Shown here piece after piece: positions 11,605 to 25,303 of a DNA stretch of 57,620 nucleotides. A program made the translations under genes and the position numbers. Origin of the DNA: Chara braunii (taxonomy: Eukaryota; Plantae; Charophyceae); contig BFEA01000034.1 of NCBI GenBank assembly GCA_003427395.1, positions 575,546 to 633,165 on the forward strand, in the 5' to 3' direction. The notes under the pieces are model-generated. The model saw only the letters and a list, made by a program, of their open reading frames with translations, ran no database searches and was not told where the DNA came from. Every line of letters begins with the position of its first letter. Position 1 is the first letter of the stretch.

Positions 11605-12900
11605 GAAGGCAGGTTTTCAGGTTTGTCCACAGGGGACCATCCCATATGGAGAGGGTTGGGATGGAGGCTGGGGGAACTACTACTCAGCGAGGACTAGCTT
11701 TGGGTGGGAACTGCTCGTTCTTGAGGGAGTGGTGGTTCGCTAGGGGGCTTGCCCTGAGCTGGGGTCAATAAGGGGAACGGGTCGCCCCTTGACGGAGGCA
11801 ACTCAGGGATAAGAGGGAAGGTTTTTTCGGATTTGAGGTTAGGGCAAATTTGGTTCTCTGCACGATGGAGAGGTGCTGCCCTCTCTTTTCCTCTCTTCAT
11901 CGTGGGGTGAAGGGGTACTGCGTTAGGGTTTCCTCGGGGGGCCTTTCCAACAAGGAGAAGGTTGGAAGAGGGGTTGGGGGACCGCCGTTCTGCAGGGACA
12001 GACTTTTGGCGGGAACTGCTTTATTTCTTAGAGAACGATGGTCTGTTAGGTGCTTGTCCTGAGTTGGGGTCACTGAGGAGAAGGGGGCTCCTCTCGACGG
12101 GGGCAGCTCAAGGATAGGAGGGCGAGAGATTTTGGTAAGAACGAGGGTAACGCTAACTCTCTCCATAGTGGAGAGGCACTGTTTACTCTTTTCCCCTCGG
12201 TGTGGTGGGAAGAACAGGAGGATAGTTCCAAAAAAAAAAATTCTACCCCTTTCAGATGTTGTCAGTGACATCTTGATTGGTTCTGAATCTTCAATTTGGA
12301 TAGTTTTCATTGTTTCACCTTTTGTGTAGTAATTTGGATAGATTCATTTCTCAATTGGAGTAGAGGATTTTAATTTTTCGTTCGGATTTGGGAGGTGGTA
12401 TTTCAGGTTTGTCTGTCCCATATGGAGAGAGTTGGGATGGAGGTTGGGGAAACCGCTATTCTGCGGGGACTGGCTTTTGGTGGGAACTGCTCGTCGTTGA
12501 GGGAGTGGTGGTTTTAGGGGGCTTGTCCGGAGCTGGGGTCAATAAGGGGAACGGGTCGCCCCTTGACGGGGGCAGTTCATGGACAAGAGGGAAGGTAGTT
12601 TCAAAGTTTTCTTCTACTCCTGTTAGATGTTGTCAGAAGTATTTTGTTCCCATGTGGGGAGGTTTGGGATGGAGGTTGGGGGAACCATTATTCTGCGGGG
12701 ACTGGCTTTTGGTGGGAACTGCTCGTTCTTGAGGGAGTGGTGGTTCGTTGAGGAGCTTGTCCTGAACTGGGGTCAATAAGGGGAACGGGTCGCCCCTTGA
12801 CGGGGGCAGTTCATGGACAAGAGGGGAGTTTTTTTCTGATTAGAATGTAGGGCAAAACTGTTTCTCTGCATGAGGGTCGATGTTTTCCTAAATGTTCTCT
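11605..12900. repeat. Four diverged G-rich internal repeats of about 230-300 bp within the retroposon
   Basis: gggttgggatggagg.tgggggaacc...actgctcgttcttgagggagtggtgg...ggggtcaataaggggaacgggtcgccccttgacgg recurs near 11653, 11959, 12429 and 12661. Confidence 0.88.
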
Positions 12901-13071
12901 TGCTTTATGGGACGCTGGGCCCGGTTCCCAGTTTGTTCTCAGCCGAATGCGAGGTAAGGGCCCTGATATCCTGAATCATTTCTCGAATCATTTGTATATT
13001 CCTATATGGGACGCTGGGCCCGGTTCCCAGCACGTGTTGCTCCCCACGAATAGATTGGAGCTCTTTGTCCC

Positions 13072-13108
<37 letters not shown>

Positions 13109-14919
13109 TGGGGCAACCTCCCACAGAGGTCTTAGCACGGATTACGGGTTTCAATCCTGCTTACCCACTTCCGCTCTGAACCAAAATACTAGACTGAGAG
13201 TTAGAAGGGAAGAAGAAAAAGTTTCATACGCTCGAGGTACAAGAGTGGGACAGACTCAACTTGCAGGAGAGGGCCTTGATACCTTCGATTGCTTGAGGGT
13301 CCCGCAATGGTAGCCAAAATACCGAGAAGTGGCGAAACCACAACCAAGACGCAAAGTGGCGACCTCCTGACAGTCCTTCAAATTGCAGTAGTAACCCCCC
13401 TTGCAACTTGATCACTTCCTTGAGCCGCAACACTCTATGTACTGACGAGAACACAACTATGCGACTTCGAGATGCTTCGCTCAAATAGAGCACACCCCAT
13501 GCTCTATTTAAAGTGTTAGAGAAAACAGCAATCGTATTAGTATGGCAACGGAAAACACCTGGCCAACAGAGTGATGCCGCAAAGCACGACAATTTGTAAG
13601 CAAAGCAAAGCAGGGTGCACAATAAAGACATAGTCAGAAACCAACTATGCACAGATTCGTATCGAGCAAGATACTGAACACGCAATAGTGGCACCGGTAG
13701 AACAGACGGGCCAGCAAAATACCGCCGAGAACCCAACCCAACACTCTCTGTCAGCAGTCTAGCGCCAACTATACCCCCTTACTATAACAACAGATCCAGA
13801 TCACAACTTACATAGGTCATTGCGGCCACGAGCTCTGGTTCAAACATTCACAACTCTCGCCAAAACAAGAGTGGGTCTCCTTCTCATAGTCCGCAACCAC
13901 AACACTCATAGCTTCAGTAACCTGCGGTATCCTATACAGTAGTCAAGGCAATCATTCATCAGCACCCTCACGTAGATGGTAAGATATCTCTGTAGCTGAG
14001 CAGCGCAGGCACACAACCAATCTCACTGGACGTACTACTCGCTGCCTATTATACTCCCCGCATGTTACACTCACCACCTGTTATCAGTGGCATGCCCATA
14101 CGAACTGCAATAAGCCTCTCTACAAGCTTCCAAACCATTGATTGCCATTTCCTCTTGCCCCCCTGCAACGGTCCTTTCCCCCTCTCTCCCTAGATGTATT
14201 GGTGCACCTGGCTCTCAATACGGCCATGTTCACCTGGAAACAAAATCAACTAGGTGGCGTGAACGAAGATCTCGAACGGAAGCAACTGTGTGATCCCCAC
14301 AACAAAATCGACGAGCATGGCCACGAGGCAAGCAATAGTGGCTCCGCCCCACTACTCACTAAATGTGCAAACTGAGATGAACTTTCCCCTAGAAAAGGGA
14401 AAGGTACAGCGACAGACAAATGAAATAAATCTCGCATCACAACTTCTGCTTACGAAAAATAAACCGCTTGGAGCTGGTTAGCGCTGTCGGAGGCCGACGC
14501 ACCGCATCAACGGAAGTTTACTCGACGTGGTCAGCCTCCACGCCATGTCAAATCTGCGCCAAGGGTTGTCTGCGGTCATAGTCAACCGGGCCCTAACGGG
14601 TCGGTTAAAATTCCCTGAGGTCGAAGCCACGAAAAAGACGGTGCGGCGGTACAGTCCTCGGGAGACCTGATCATCCCCTTTCGACTGAACCGTCATGACC
14701 ACAAGGGGCAAATTAGTGGGGCTTGGCCCAAATGGCACTTGAAACAGACCAAGGGTTAGTGAGAAAAGTGCAGTTGACCCCTTGGGACCGGATCAATAAG
14801 GTATGGCCTGGAAAGGTCAAGGGAACACAAAATTGGGCACTTATTATACTTTAGAAGGGTCCGGTTCAATTTTAGATCAGGGTCGACCCTTCATATTCCA
14901 AGGTCGGGCCAGTCCCAGT

Positions 14920-15290
14920 CTCATGCTATTTTTAGCGCAGGTCCGCGCTATTTTTAGCGCACGCCCGTGCTATTTTTAGCGTCGGGACTAGCTGTTCGTG
15001 TTCCAAAGTCGGGATTGTCCCAGTCCCGTGCCATTTTTAGCGTAGGCCTGTGCTATTTTTAGCACCGGCACTGCCTGTTCGTGTTCCAGTCCCGTGCTGT
15101 GTTCAGCGCTGACCCGTGTTATTTTCAGCACGGGATTGCCTGTTCATCTCCAAGGTCGGGACTGTGTCAGTCCCGCGTTATTTTTAGCGCAGGCCTGTGC
15201 TAATTTTAACACGGGACTGGCTGTTCGTATTCCAAGGTCGGGACCGGTGCTAATTCTAGCTCAGGCCTGGTCTATTTTTAGCCCCAGCCC
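14920..15290. repeat. Degenerate tandem array built on gctatttttagcgc
   Basis: More than 10 copies of the motif, interleaved with ccaaggtcgggac. Confidence 0.85.
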
Positions 15291-15336
15291 TGACCATGGG
15301 ACTGCTGCACTTAGGCCCGATGACCTGGCCTCTACA

Positions 15337-15348
15337 CTATAAAAAAGA
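15337..15348 (+). promoter_or_regulatory. TATA-like box (CTATAAAAAAG), possibly an LTR promoter
   Basis: Sits after the repeat array and precedes a purine-rich then CT-rich stretch, resembling a U3-R layout. The function is inferred only. Confidence 0.3.
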
Positions 15349-16159
15349 GGCCATGTCCCCCAAACAGGGAGAACACGCACGTGTGAAAGTGCAGAAGCGC
15401 TGGCCCAATGAAGCCGGGACTAGAGCAAGGAGTAAGCAGGGGAAGGAGCGAGATGAGCAAGGACCAGGCAGGCAGGAGCTAAGGGAGGGGGAGCGGCATC
15501 TCGCTCGCTCGCTCTCGCTCTCTCCCTGCTTACTCCGCCCTTTTGCACTATTCTGGCTACCCCCCCCTTTTGGGGTGCACTGTGCCACCTTATTTTCGCT
15601 GCTCGCACTAAGTCAGTCCGCGCGCACCGATTTTAAACTGTGTGTGTTTCCTTAAATTATGTGTGTTTCACTACTGGCCGGTTCGTAGCAGCCTGTGGCG
15701 TGCTGATTACCTCGTGGCTGCACGTCCTGCATGCTTGCATGCCTTGCATGTTCACTAATACCAACGTGCTTAGTCACTTGCCTAGCCTGTACTTGCATGC
15801 GGCATTGGCATGTGCACGCCCTGCTAGTGCCCCATGCGCTAGTACTTGTGCTCACCACCAAATGCTTGTGTGAGTCCAGCTCTTAACGCGTGTATCGGGG
15901 ATCAGCCTTGTATGAGCAACGCTTGCCAAGGTCCAAGTTTGCATAGTTGAAGTTGAGCTGCCTGCACCAAGTGCCAAGCCCGAGAATGCAGACTGCCATT
16001 GTAGTGTGCAACCCCCGGCTGGTCAAGAACAGCGTGCCCTCGATCAACACGCCCTCAGACTTGCTGTTGCTGACAGGAAACTGCACTCACTCACGTGAGT
16101 CGGTACTGATTAGGATTGGCACACCCACACACTAGGTTGGTGTATGCTTGCATGTAATT

Positions 16160-16880
16160 CGGTGTGGTCGTGATCTGCTACTTGGCAGACCTACGCAGCA
16201 TGATAAGGACTTGATTTGCTACTTGGCAGGCTGGCGCGACTTGGCAAGCTGGTCCAACACTAATATGGGTCTAATCAACTGCTTCGCAGACCAGCACAAT
16301 TTGGTATGGACTTGATCTGCCACCCGACAGACAGGCGCCGCTTGATCTGCCATTTGGTAGCCTGACGCGGCGTAGCATAGTTCTGATCTGCCATTTGTCA
16401 CCCTGGCGCAGCCTGGCGTAGTTCTGATCTGCCATTTGGCAGCCTGGCGCGGCATGGTATAGTTCTGATCTGCTATTTGTCAGCCTAGCGCAACCTGGCA
16501 TAGGTCTGATCTGCCATTTGGCAGCTTGGCGCAGCCTGACCATAGTTCTGATCTGCCATTTGTCAGCCTAGCGCAGCGTGGTATAGTTCTGATCTACCAT
16601 TTATCAGCCTGGCACGGCCTGGTATAGTTCTGATCTGTCATTTGGCAGCTTGGCACAACCTGGTATTGGTTCTGATCGGCCATATGATAGTCTGGCGCAA
16701 TATGATTGGGTTCCGATCGACCGTTTGATTTGGTTTTGATCCGCCATTTGGCAGCTCGACGTGGCCTGGTATAGTTCTGATCGGCCATATGGCAGCCTAA
16801 CACGACATGATCTGGTTATGATCCGCCACTTGGCAGTATAGCACAACAATATCTGGTTCTGATCTGACACTTGATAGTCC
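16160..16880. repeat. Minisatellite with a ~41-bp unit
   Basis: ttctgatctgccatttggcagcctggcgc..c.tggtatag repeated more than 12 times. Confidence 0.92.
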
Positions 16881-17329
16881 GGTGATCCTAGGTTGCCATT
16901 GCGCACCCCCGCACACTACATTGCCACTTAGACTTGTGAGAGATCGTGGATCTTGGATCTGTGCGCCCACGCAAGTGCACATTCCCGGAACTCCACAAGC
17001 TCTTACGAGCCTGTGCTTCGCACCTCTATTATGCAAGGTCGTTCTTCACAAACTTGACAAATTTGTCTCACACATTTTTCTGAATCATCGTCGCGTACTT
17101 CCACATATCCACTTAAGGGAAAGTCTTTTCGCAACGGATGAGCACACCCCATTGTTATTCAGATCTAGGTGACATTGCTGCTTCATCATTATTCGGACAT
17201 GTGTGACACTGCTGCTCATGACCTGTGCGCTTTCGCACACTTCATTAATATTCGGGTTTGTATGACATTACTGCTTCATTGCTTCTTTAATCGGATCTGT
17301 GTAACAATTACTGTTTGATTTTTTCAATG

Positions 17330-18180
17330 CGCGCCCATAATTGGTATTTGAGTGTGCGCCCCAGCTCGAGCTTGCTAATTGAGTATGCGCCCAGACTCGA
17401 GCTGGCTGTTCAAGTACGCGCCCATGCCCGACATTATCGTCCTCGTGCGTGCCCAAGCCCAAGCTGTTCGCCTAGGCTCGGGCAGGCTATATGAGTGTGC
17501 ACCCAAGCTCGACATTGATGGTTTAGTGCGCGCCCGGGCGCAAACTGGCTATTTGAGTGCGCGCCCATGCATAGTGCTGCCGATTCAGTGCGCACCCATG
17601 CTTGGTGTTGCTGATTCAGTGCGCGCCATGCTTAGTGCTGCTGATTCAGTGTGTGCCCATGCTTGCTGTTGCTGCTTCAGTGCACGCCCATGCTTAGTGC
17701 TGCAGTGCGCGCCCATGCACGCCCATGCTTGGTGAGTGCTGTCAATTCAATGCGTGCCCATGCGCGCCCACGCTTGGTGCGACTGATTCAGTGCGCGCCC
17801 ATGCCCTGTACTGCTGATTTAGTGCACGCCCATGCTTGGTGCCGCTAATTTGGTGCGCGCCCATGCGCACCCACGCTTGGTGCCGCTGCTTTAGTGCGCA
17901 CCCATGCTCGGTACTGCTGATTTAGTGCACGCCCATGCTTGGTGCCGCTAATTCAGTCCGCGCCCACACTCGGAATTGCTATTCGAGTGCCCGCCCATAC
18001 TCGGTATTGCTATTTGAGTGCACACCCTCACTTTGTATAGCAGATTTAGTGCACGCCCATGCTTTGTATAGCAGATTTAATGCGCGCCCAGTCTCGGCAT
18101 CGATGATCTGGTGCGCGCCCATGCTCGACATTGTTGAAATAATGTGCGCCCTGACTCTAGAATGTGCGCCCTGTTGAGAT
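17330..18180. repeat. Minisatellite with a ~27-28-bp unit
   Basis: gctgattcagtgcgcgcccatgcttggt repeated many times. Confidence 0.92.
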
Positions 18181-18589
18181 GATGACCCCAGAGCGAGCGC
18201 CCTGCTGGTATGATCGAGTTGGAGCTGAGTGCTTTATTGGATTGACACTTGAAAGCCGCTGATGGAATGATTTGGCATCCCATTCCTGCTGATTTAATTC
18301 CTTGTTGATCAATCCCTCCACATGCATTAATTGCAGTTCAGTCCTTGTGCAGACGGTAATTGTTGTTTAGTCCCTGTGCAAACGGTATTTTTCCTGCACA
18401 GGTGATATATGCAGCTCAGTCCCTGTGCATACAATTTTGCGCAGTCCAGCCCCAGTGCATGCGACATTTATGACTGGTTCTTGCGTATGCGATACCTTGC
18501 TGGCCAGTCCTTCGCAGTGATGATACTGGAGGTCCCAGTCCTTGTATTTTGACCCACCTGTTGCTGAGACACATTCACGATATTGGATA

Positions 18590-19075
18590 TATTGAGTTGC
18601 TGGTTGTTGATCAGCCGGGCCCATTCAGGCGGACCCTTCCATTGAGATTCCTGACGTTCAGCCGGTCCCTTTCAAGCGGGCCCATCCATTGAGATTGTTG
18701 CTGTTCACCCGGGCCCATTCAGGCGGGCCCTCATATTGAGTTGCTGGATGCCGTTCAACCGGGCCCATTCAGGAGGGTCCTCATATTGAATTGCTGGATG
18801 CTGTTCAGGCGGGCCCATTCAGGCGGGCCCTTATGTTGAGTTGCTGGATGCCGTTCAGTCGGACCCATTCAGGCAGGCCCTCATATTGAGTTGCTGGATG
18901 CTGTTCAGTCGGGCCCATTCAGGCGGACCCTCATATTGAGTTGCTGGTTGCTGTTTAGCCAAACCCATTCAAGCGGGCCCTTTCCATTGAGTCGCAGGTT
19001 GCTGTCCGGCCGGACCCATTCAGGTGAGCCCCTTTCTTTGAGTTGCTGATTGCTGTTCAACCAGGCCCAAGCGTT
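18590..19075. repeat. Minisatellite with a ~50-bp unit
   Basis: gttcagncgggcccattcaggcgggccctcatattgagttgctggatgct repeated about 9 times. Confidence 0.92.
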
Positions 19076-19979
19076 GGAGGGAGCACTTATACTCGTAGGG
19101 GGGCGGCCATTGTCCAAGCTGGCCCGTCATCGTGAGACAGCCCCTATGTGGGCAAACTAGTTGAGAAGTTCTGCTACTGACATATTGGACATCAGAGCTT
19201 TGTCATCAGGGGCAATGAGTCCCTTACTTCGAGACACACGCTGGTGATTACCTACTTGGGAAAAGGGGCAGGGAAAGATGGAGTGAAGGGCACCACTTTT
19301 GATAAGATTGCGGATTACATATTTTGCAGGAAGAGCTATTTGAGGTATAACTGGATGTATGTGGTGTTCCCTCGCGTACCTTCAGCGCCCGGGGGGCGTA
19401 CTCTTCGATTTTGATGGGTGTAATCCCAAACCCCTCAGTGAGGCGCGCAGCAAAGGGAAAAGGCAAAAGGACGTGAGGGTTAGGATCAAGATAGCCAAGT
19501 CAGGGATCCCAATCACTACTTGCACGCAGAGGTCAGAGACCGATGAGTCTGACCTTGACCCTTGTAGCGTGAGCGACATTGATCTTGGTGACTACTTCGA
19601 TTGGGACACTCACAGAGACTAAGTCTGTTGGTGATAACCTGAGCGTTGGAGACCTTTAAGCGGCGGAGGGCGAAAGCGACATTGCGACAGATTGCATTTC
19701 TTGCACGGTACTTGCTAGAGGGAGACTGATTCCTATATGTCAGGCGAGCCTAGGACTGAGGCTGTTGTTGGACCCCCAAGAGAGGAAGGGTCAGTCCCAT
19801 ACCTTGGAAATGACTACAGTCATTTAGTTGGAGTTGACTTTGCTATGCAGTCTCTTCGAAAACACCTTTATGAAGACCGTTTCCTCAAGGTTTCATACGT
19901 CTACATCGACAGGAAGGGACGGATCGAGATACTGATTGGAGCTACGGGCAATATTACGCTTGCAGAGGAGCTCTACCTC

Positions 19980-20130
19980 CATGTAACATTTGTTTATTAT
20001 TTCCCGAAAGTGAGATATAGTGAGAAAAACACCAAACTTGGCAAATATGGGGAGGCGGTTAACAAAGGACTCAATTCCCAACCAACTTCTCATTCCATTT
20101 GTAACAAAACCCAAGTGTACTCAGGAGCTG
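19980..20130 (-). pseudogene. Possible Ty3/gypsy RT-RNaseH connection relic
   Basis: LGFV..MRSWLGIESFVNRLPIFAKF resembles the gypsy consensus VRSFLGLxNYYRRFIPNFAK. The match is short. Confidence 0.35.
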
Positions 20131-23100
20131 GAAGTGGGGATTCACATTAACCACTTATGGTGACAAACACGGCGAGCGCCCCCTCCACAGTCGTCTTCGA
20201 CAGTGCCTCAAATTCGTCTAAGGAAATCATGATTACAATCGCTTCGGCCAAACAGTTTGCTTGGAGAGTGAGGTAATGACAAAACCAGAGGGGGAGGGAA
20301 ATTTTCATCGTACATCGCTCACGGTTCCCCATCGTGGAGATTAGTTTTTTTTGGGAGATGATCGCACGACAGATCTACCCAACATCATTGTTTGAAACTT
20401 TCTGCTTTCACCCAAGTAGCGATAAAGAGCACACACATAACCTCTATCACATCTCCCCCTTGGAGTTTTCCATCTACAAGCGCCTCGTCATGCCAATCTT
20501 TATTGCTTACTATATTTGGGGAAAGACTATTACGATTTTAACCATCTAGCTCATGACCTTCCCTATTGTTATTGTAATCAATATTCCCGTAGGGCAGGCC
20601 AATCTATCAGCCAAACCGTCGCCATTCCCCTTATAAATATCATGGAATCGATTTCATAATCAATAACATGAGGATAATCAATCAAAATCCAATATTGAGG
20701 GCCTCTATCAAAGGCAGGAAAGAGTTTGTGAAATGAGAAAAGAGACAGCACGGAAGGGTAATCACCGTAGAACTCCATCCCTGCAGGGCAGCTAATGTGG
20801 CAAGGTTCCATGTGTCCTCCCTAAGCTAAATTGTGTGTCTTCTCCCCCCCCTTTTCCCGCCCACACACTCTATTGTAGCCTATCTATCCCTTTTGACACT
20901 CATAAAACTCCGCTCTACTTAGAAGGGGTTAGAGTAATCCCCCATGGAAACCCTAATCAAATGAGGTGGTCGATGTGGCAAGGTTATAACACCATTAGCT
21001 GGCCCTTCGCCCCACGGAATCCACCACTGCCTTTGACCTTTTTTGTGCTACTTGCGCCAAAACGCCAGTGGAAGGCCGCCAGCCTCTCCAAATCCCTCCC
21101 CTGACCTCCCCCCACATGTCGACTCCACAAACAAGAGGATCGCCCTCTCCTTACTGTTGGAACCACGAGTGCCCTGCCCTACCTTTCGTGCAGCTTGCAG
21201 TTTTTCCCCGCCTGTTGGAGTTCCATCGTAAAGAGTGAAGGTCTCCAAATGTGGTTGAAAGTATACCTCCACTTGACGGTGATGGTATTTCCCATGGCCC
21301 ACAACAACATTCACCATCTCTTGGTTCACAACACTCACTTGATCGTGCTGTAGAATAGGGTCTCTGACCTGATGTAGTGGTTGTGCAGGGCAGTGGCCAC
21401 ACTATCCACCCTCGCCCCCTGTGGCCAGGGTGGTCATCGAACTCTCTTGTATATCTTGAGATCGATTTGTCCCCTGCTCATTGGTCATCATCACTCCAAT
21501 TGACTCACCCACCGGGGGGGATTGCCGAAATTGTTGTTGCTCATAGTCACCCCGTCCACCCTTGTCGTTCATCGCCAGGGTGCTCTTCAAACTCTCGTGA
21601 TTATCTTGAGATTGCATCCCCCCCTGATCATTGATCGCCACCGCTCCAATCAACTTGCTTAAAGGGGGGGGGGGTTGTTGCTCACCTTCTCTTGCTCTGA
21701 TCGTATCCAAGCTGCCTTGAGTGGTGTTGCCTTGCTGTTCGTGATCTTGGCGTCATCCTCGAGTCCAGACGAGGCACCAGAAGTCGTCATGTCAAAGCAA
21801 GGCCAGAGAGCAATACTACGAATGAGGAGCTCTTGCTGGAGAATGAGGAGTTCCTCGACGAGCAATTTGTTATCATCTCTGCCTCCCACTCGTCGAGGAA
21901 CTCCTCATTCTCCAGCAAGAGCTCCGACGAGAGACTACCATGCCCGCTGGGTATATTCTCTAGCACTTTCTCCAGTTGATTCTTATAAAGAGCCATCATT
22001 GCCACCATAGGAATTTCCTCCACCAGTATCATATCTTGCTTGACGTAGGACCGCAGGGCGGGAGGGATGCCCTACAACCCCTCTTCACGTGTGAGTTCAC
22101 ACTCCATCATCCCTCTACCTCCACCTTGCCTCGACAAGTCCACATCACGTCACGTGCAACTACTCTCGTTCCTAGTAACACCCCTCCCACCACAGACACA
22201 CCTCTCAACAACTGCGACGCTACTTGCCATGGGGCATGTAGACGATCCAGCACGAAGGTCATGTTAGATGACAACCTTACTTCCCTGATGCGTCTCAAGG
22301 GGAGCAGACCGGGCCCTTCCGGCTAGTGCCCTGCAAGGTACTAGAGCGCAAGCGATACGCAGTCGTGCTGCCATTCCCACTACTTTTTTATCCTGCTTAG
22401 AACTCGACAACATCTGCTTTGGATCCTGTTGTTCTGATTGTGTGTGGGGTAGTTACCCCATTGAACGGAAATGAACTCCCGAGTTCAATCATTGACCAAA
22501 ATTGAACCCTGTAGCCCAAAGCACTCAAGCCTTCAAGTGGTCACATAGCTTCCCTACCCTGCTTTACCCATTCTTCCCCGATTCCTATGTACTTTACCTA
22601 CACCGAAAAGAAAAGGGAGAACCTTGTACTATGGATGGTTGAGATATAAACAAACTGTCTAACTACAATTGTATACATGGTCAGGCGGAATGCACCACCT
22701 CCTGCCTTGGAGATGATGCATACATAACTTTTACTATTATCTTATTACTTTTATTTTCTCGTGCAAATTTTTCTATATTTCTTTTGATTTTACTTCTCAC
22801 AAAGCCCATAATTTTCTTTAATCCATCTACGCTCCAAGTAAGATCACTATTATTAGATAATGATTTCGTTATTCCTTATTTAGTATCATGACCGCCAAAA
22901 ATCTCTAGTAACCTTTTGGTTTTGGCTTCTACCATTCTGAGGAGCAACAGTCTCGTTCCTATTCCCCCGGCAAGTCAATGGAATGTACAAGGTTGACCCA
23001 TCCCACGTTCCTCCCCATTATGGTTGGAAGGCCCGAGTGGACGACATTGATTACTTCCAAAAGGAAGGATGTACCACCCCTCACCCCTGCTTGTAGCTCG

Positions 23101-23259
23101 TCCTTTGTATGGCTTTGTATGCCTAATCTGTCGCTGGTTGCTCCTCTCAGCTGTGTGGCTGTCAGTTATTGCATGTATCTCTAGAGAAAACCGCGGCTGT
23201 TGATCTCTATGAGTTTCACTAAAACTCCTAAACCCTCCAAAGGCTCAACCCTCTAGTGT

Positions 23260-25303
23260 TGTCTGAGACTAGCGCCGCAAAGTTTCAATACATAGGGTGA
23301 TGAACATATATACACACCCTGAAAGACTTCCTAACGAAGATGAAAGACAAGTTTATGAACAAGACTACGACCGCCTCCGATGTACTAACGGCCATTAGAC
23401 AACCATGTAAGGTCTCTACTTACGCGACGTCTTAGAAGACAAATCGATTATTGCAAATGCTTGGATTGAACATGTGCAACAATCAACCACGTCACATCTA
23501 TTCTTGGGATATCGACTATTGCAAGTGTCTTAGATTGAACATATACAACGATTATGTACTCTATATATTTATTTTCGAGTTTTACCTTAACCTGTAAGTG
23601 GATAATTGGTAACGAGTCAAAATCAGGGAAGCTTAACTACTCAAAAGGAAAGGTTGGGGAGTGAGCAAAGGGCCTGGGTCATATACATCCAATGGGAGGA
23701 AAGTGGCCAACAGGACACAGGCCAAGGAGCGCTCTGAAAAAAGTATAATATTGTTTGTAAGGATTAGACCAAGGTGGATGCTGCAAAGGAAAGGAGATTT
23801 ATATCCCCCCCTCTAGCTCCAAAAAAAAGCGAGGGGGGAAGGGAGGGTGGGGATTATGGATATGGTTTTGCAAAGGGGCAAATGCACATCGCAAGTGAAA
23901 AACACATGTGCAAGTATAGTAATAGCATAACATCAAGGTGGCATTGGTAATTGTTTCTTTTGAAGGCAAGGCGATATTGGTAATTGTTTCTTTTGAATAC
24001 AATGTGACATTGGTAATTTTTTCTTTTGAAGACAAGGTGACATTGGTAATTTTTTTTTTTAAAACATAACAGATAAGACCAACTCTTCACTTTGTTCGAT
24101 GATGATATCACACAGAGTGAGGTGGCCCCTTGAAGGAAGCACGGGGGGAAAAAATACTATCACTGTTAAGAATGTAGAACCTCTTCCTCGAATCGATAAC
24201 TTCACATGTTAAAAGGACGTAAGTGTTTCAACAACATTGATATGAAGCCAAGGTACTACCACATTGAGATAGCCCCTAAAACAATAGAGACAAGAACATC
24301 TCTAAGTCCTGATTGATGATGAAACCATACAGGGGTGCCCCTCAAGGGAAGCGAGGGGGGGTTGAATGCTCGCACTATTAAAATGCAAAACGTCTTTCGC
24401 AGATCAATGTATTAAGTAGCGAGACTAATGCCGCCGAGGTGTACGAGCATATACACAGACCCTGAAAAAGTTCAAAGAAAAATGAAAGACATGTTTTCAT
24501 ACAAGACTACAACCAATAAGGTCTTCGATGTACTCACGTCCATTCGGCGACGAAGTTGGACCTCTATTAACGTAGTATCTCAGAAGATAGATCCACTGTT
24601 GCGAGTCCCTCAATTCAACATACACAACGATCTAGTATTTTATACCTATTCCCAAACCCTCCCACTCTCTGTAAGAGGAAAAGATGAGCAAACTCATGGC
24701 AGTACAACTATAGGTGATTCAAAGATCAGGCCTTGCAAAGTTGAAAATAACATCTCAAGTGAAAAACACAAACATAAGTACAGTAAACGGAGAGCATCGA
24801 GGTGGGGCTAAAAAAATAACTATTTGGAGATAGAAGATACAAAACCATCTCTTAATCCTGTTTGATGATAAAACCACAAAGAGTTGCCCCTTTGCGATAA
24901 CCGGCAGGGTGATTGAATGCTATCACTGTCAGGAATGCAGCTCCCTTTCCTTGAATCGATGACTTGACCAAATCAAATAAAAAAGACAATATTCCCTTTT
25001 AATTCTATTAGTTAATGAAACCAGAAAGAGGTAATGCAGATCCCTTTCCTTGAATCGATGACTTGACCAAATCAAATGATGTACATATTTCAACAAAACT
25101 TATATGAAGTTGGGCTACCACCAGATTGAGGTAACCCCTTAGACGAAAAAAAACAATACCCCCTTTTAATTATAGTCGTTAATGAAACCACAAAGAGGTA
25201 GCCCTTTCCAAAAAATCATAGGATTAAATATTATTGTTGTTAATAATAATAATACAAAACCTTTTTCCTCAAATCGATGACTTCACCAATTATAAGGATG
25301 CAA
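23260..25303 (+). pseudogene. Highly decayed, internally duplicated Ty3/gypsy gag and RT N-terminal fragments
   Basis: Two gag-like copies (KMKDKFMNKTTT... near 23340; KMKDMFSYKTTTNKVFDVL...YSQTLP at 24428-24811). Repeated RT-start motifs (TVKNVEPLPRIDN, YYHIEIAP, LGYHQIEV) occur near 24160, 24920, 25040 and 25230. Confidence 0.8.
23930..24060. repeat. 33-bp tandem repeat, 4 copies
   Basis: ttggtaattgtttcttttgaa..caa.g.gaca repeated. Confidence 0.85.

Larger units (their letters stand above)
10183..13106 (+). mobile_element. 2.9-kb poly(A)-tailed non-autonomous retroposon (TPRT-type insertion)
   Basis: 16-bp TSD GGTGGGGCAACCTCCC at 10167-10182 and 13107-13122, with a poly(A) tail at 13073-13106. 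No RT ORF inside. The 3' tail is shared with 49171-49286. Confidence 0.85.

Noticed and set aside
20984-22326. Cluster of short overlapping ORFs
   Set aside because: Low complexity with no recognisable domain; at most a decayed transposon relic.
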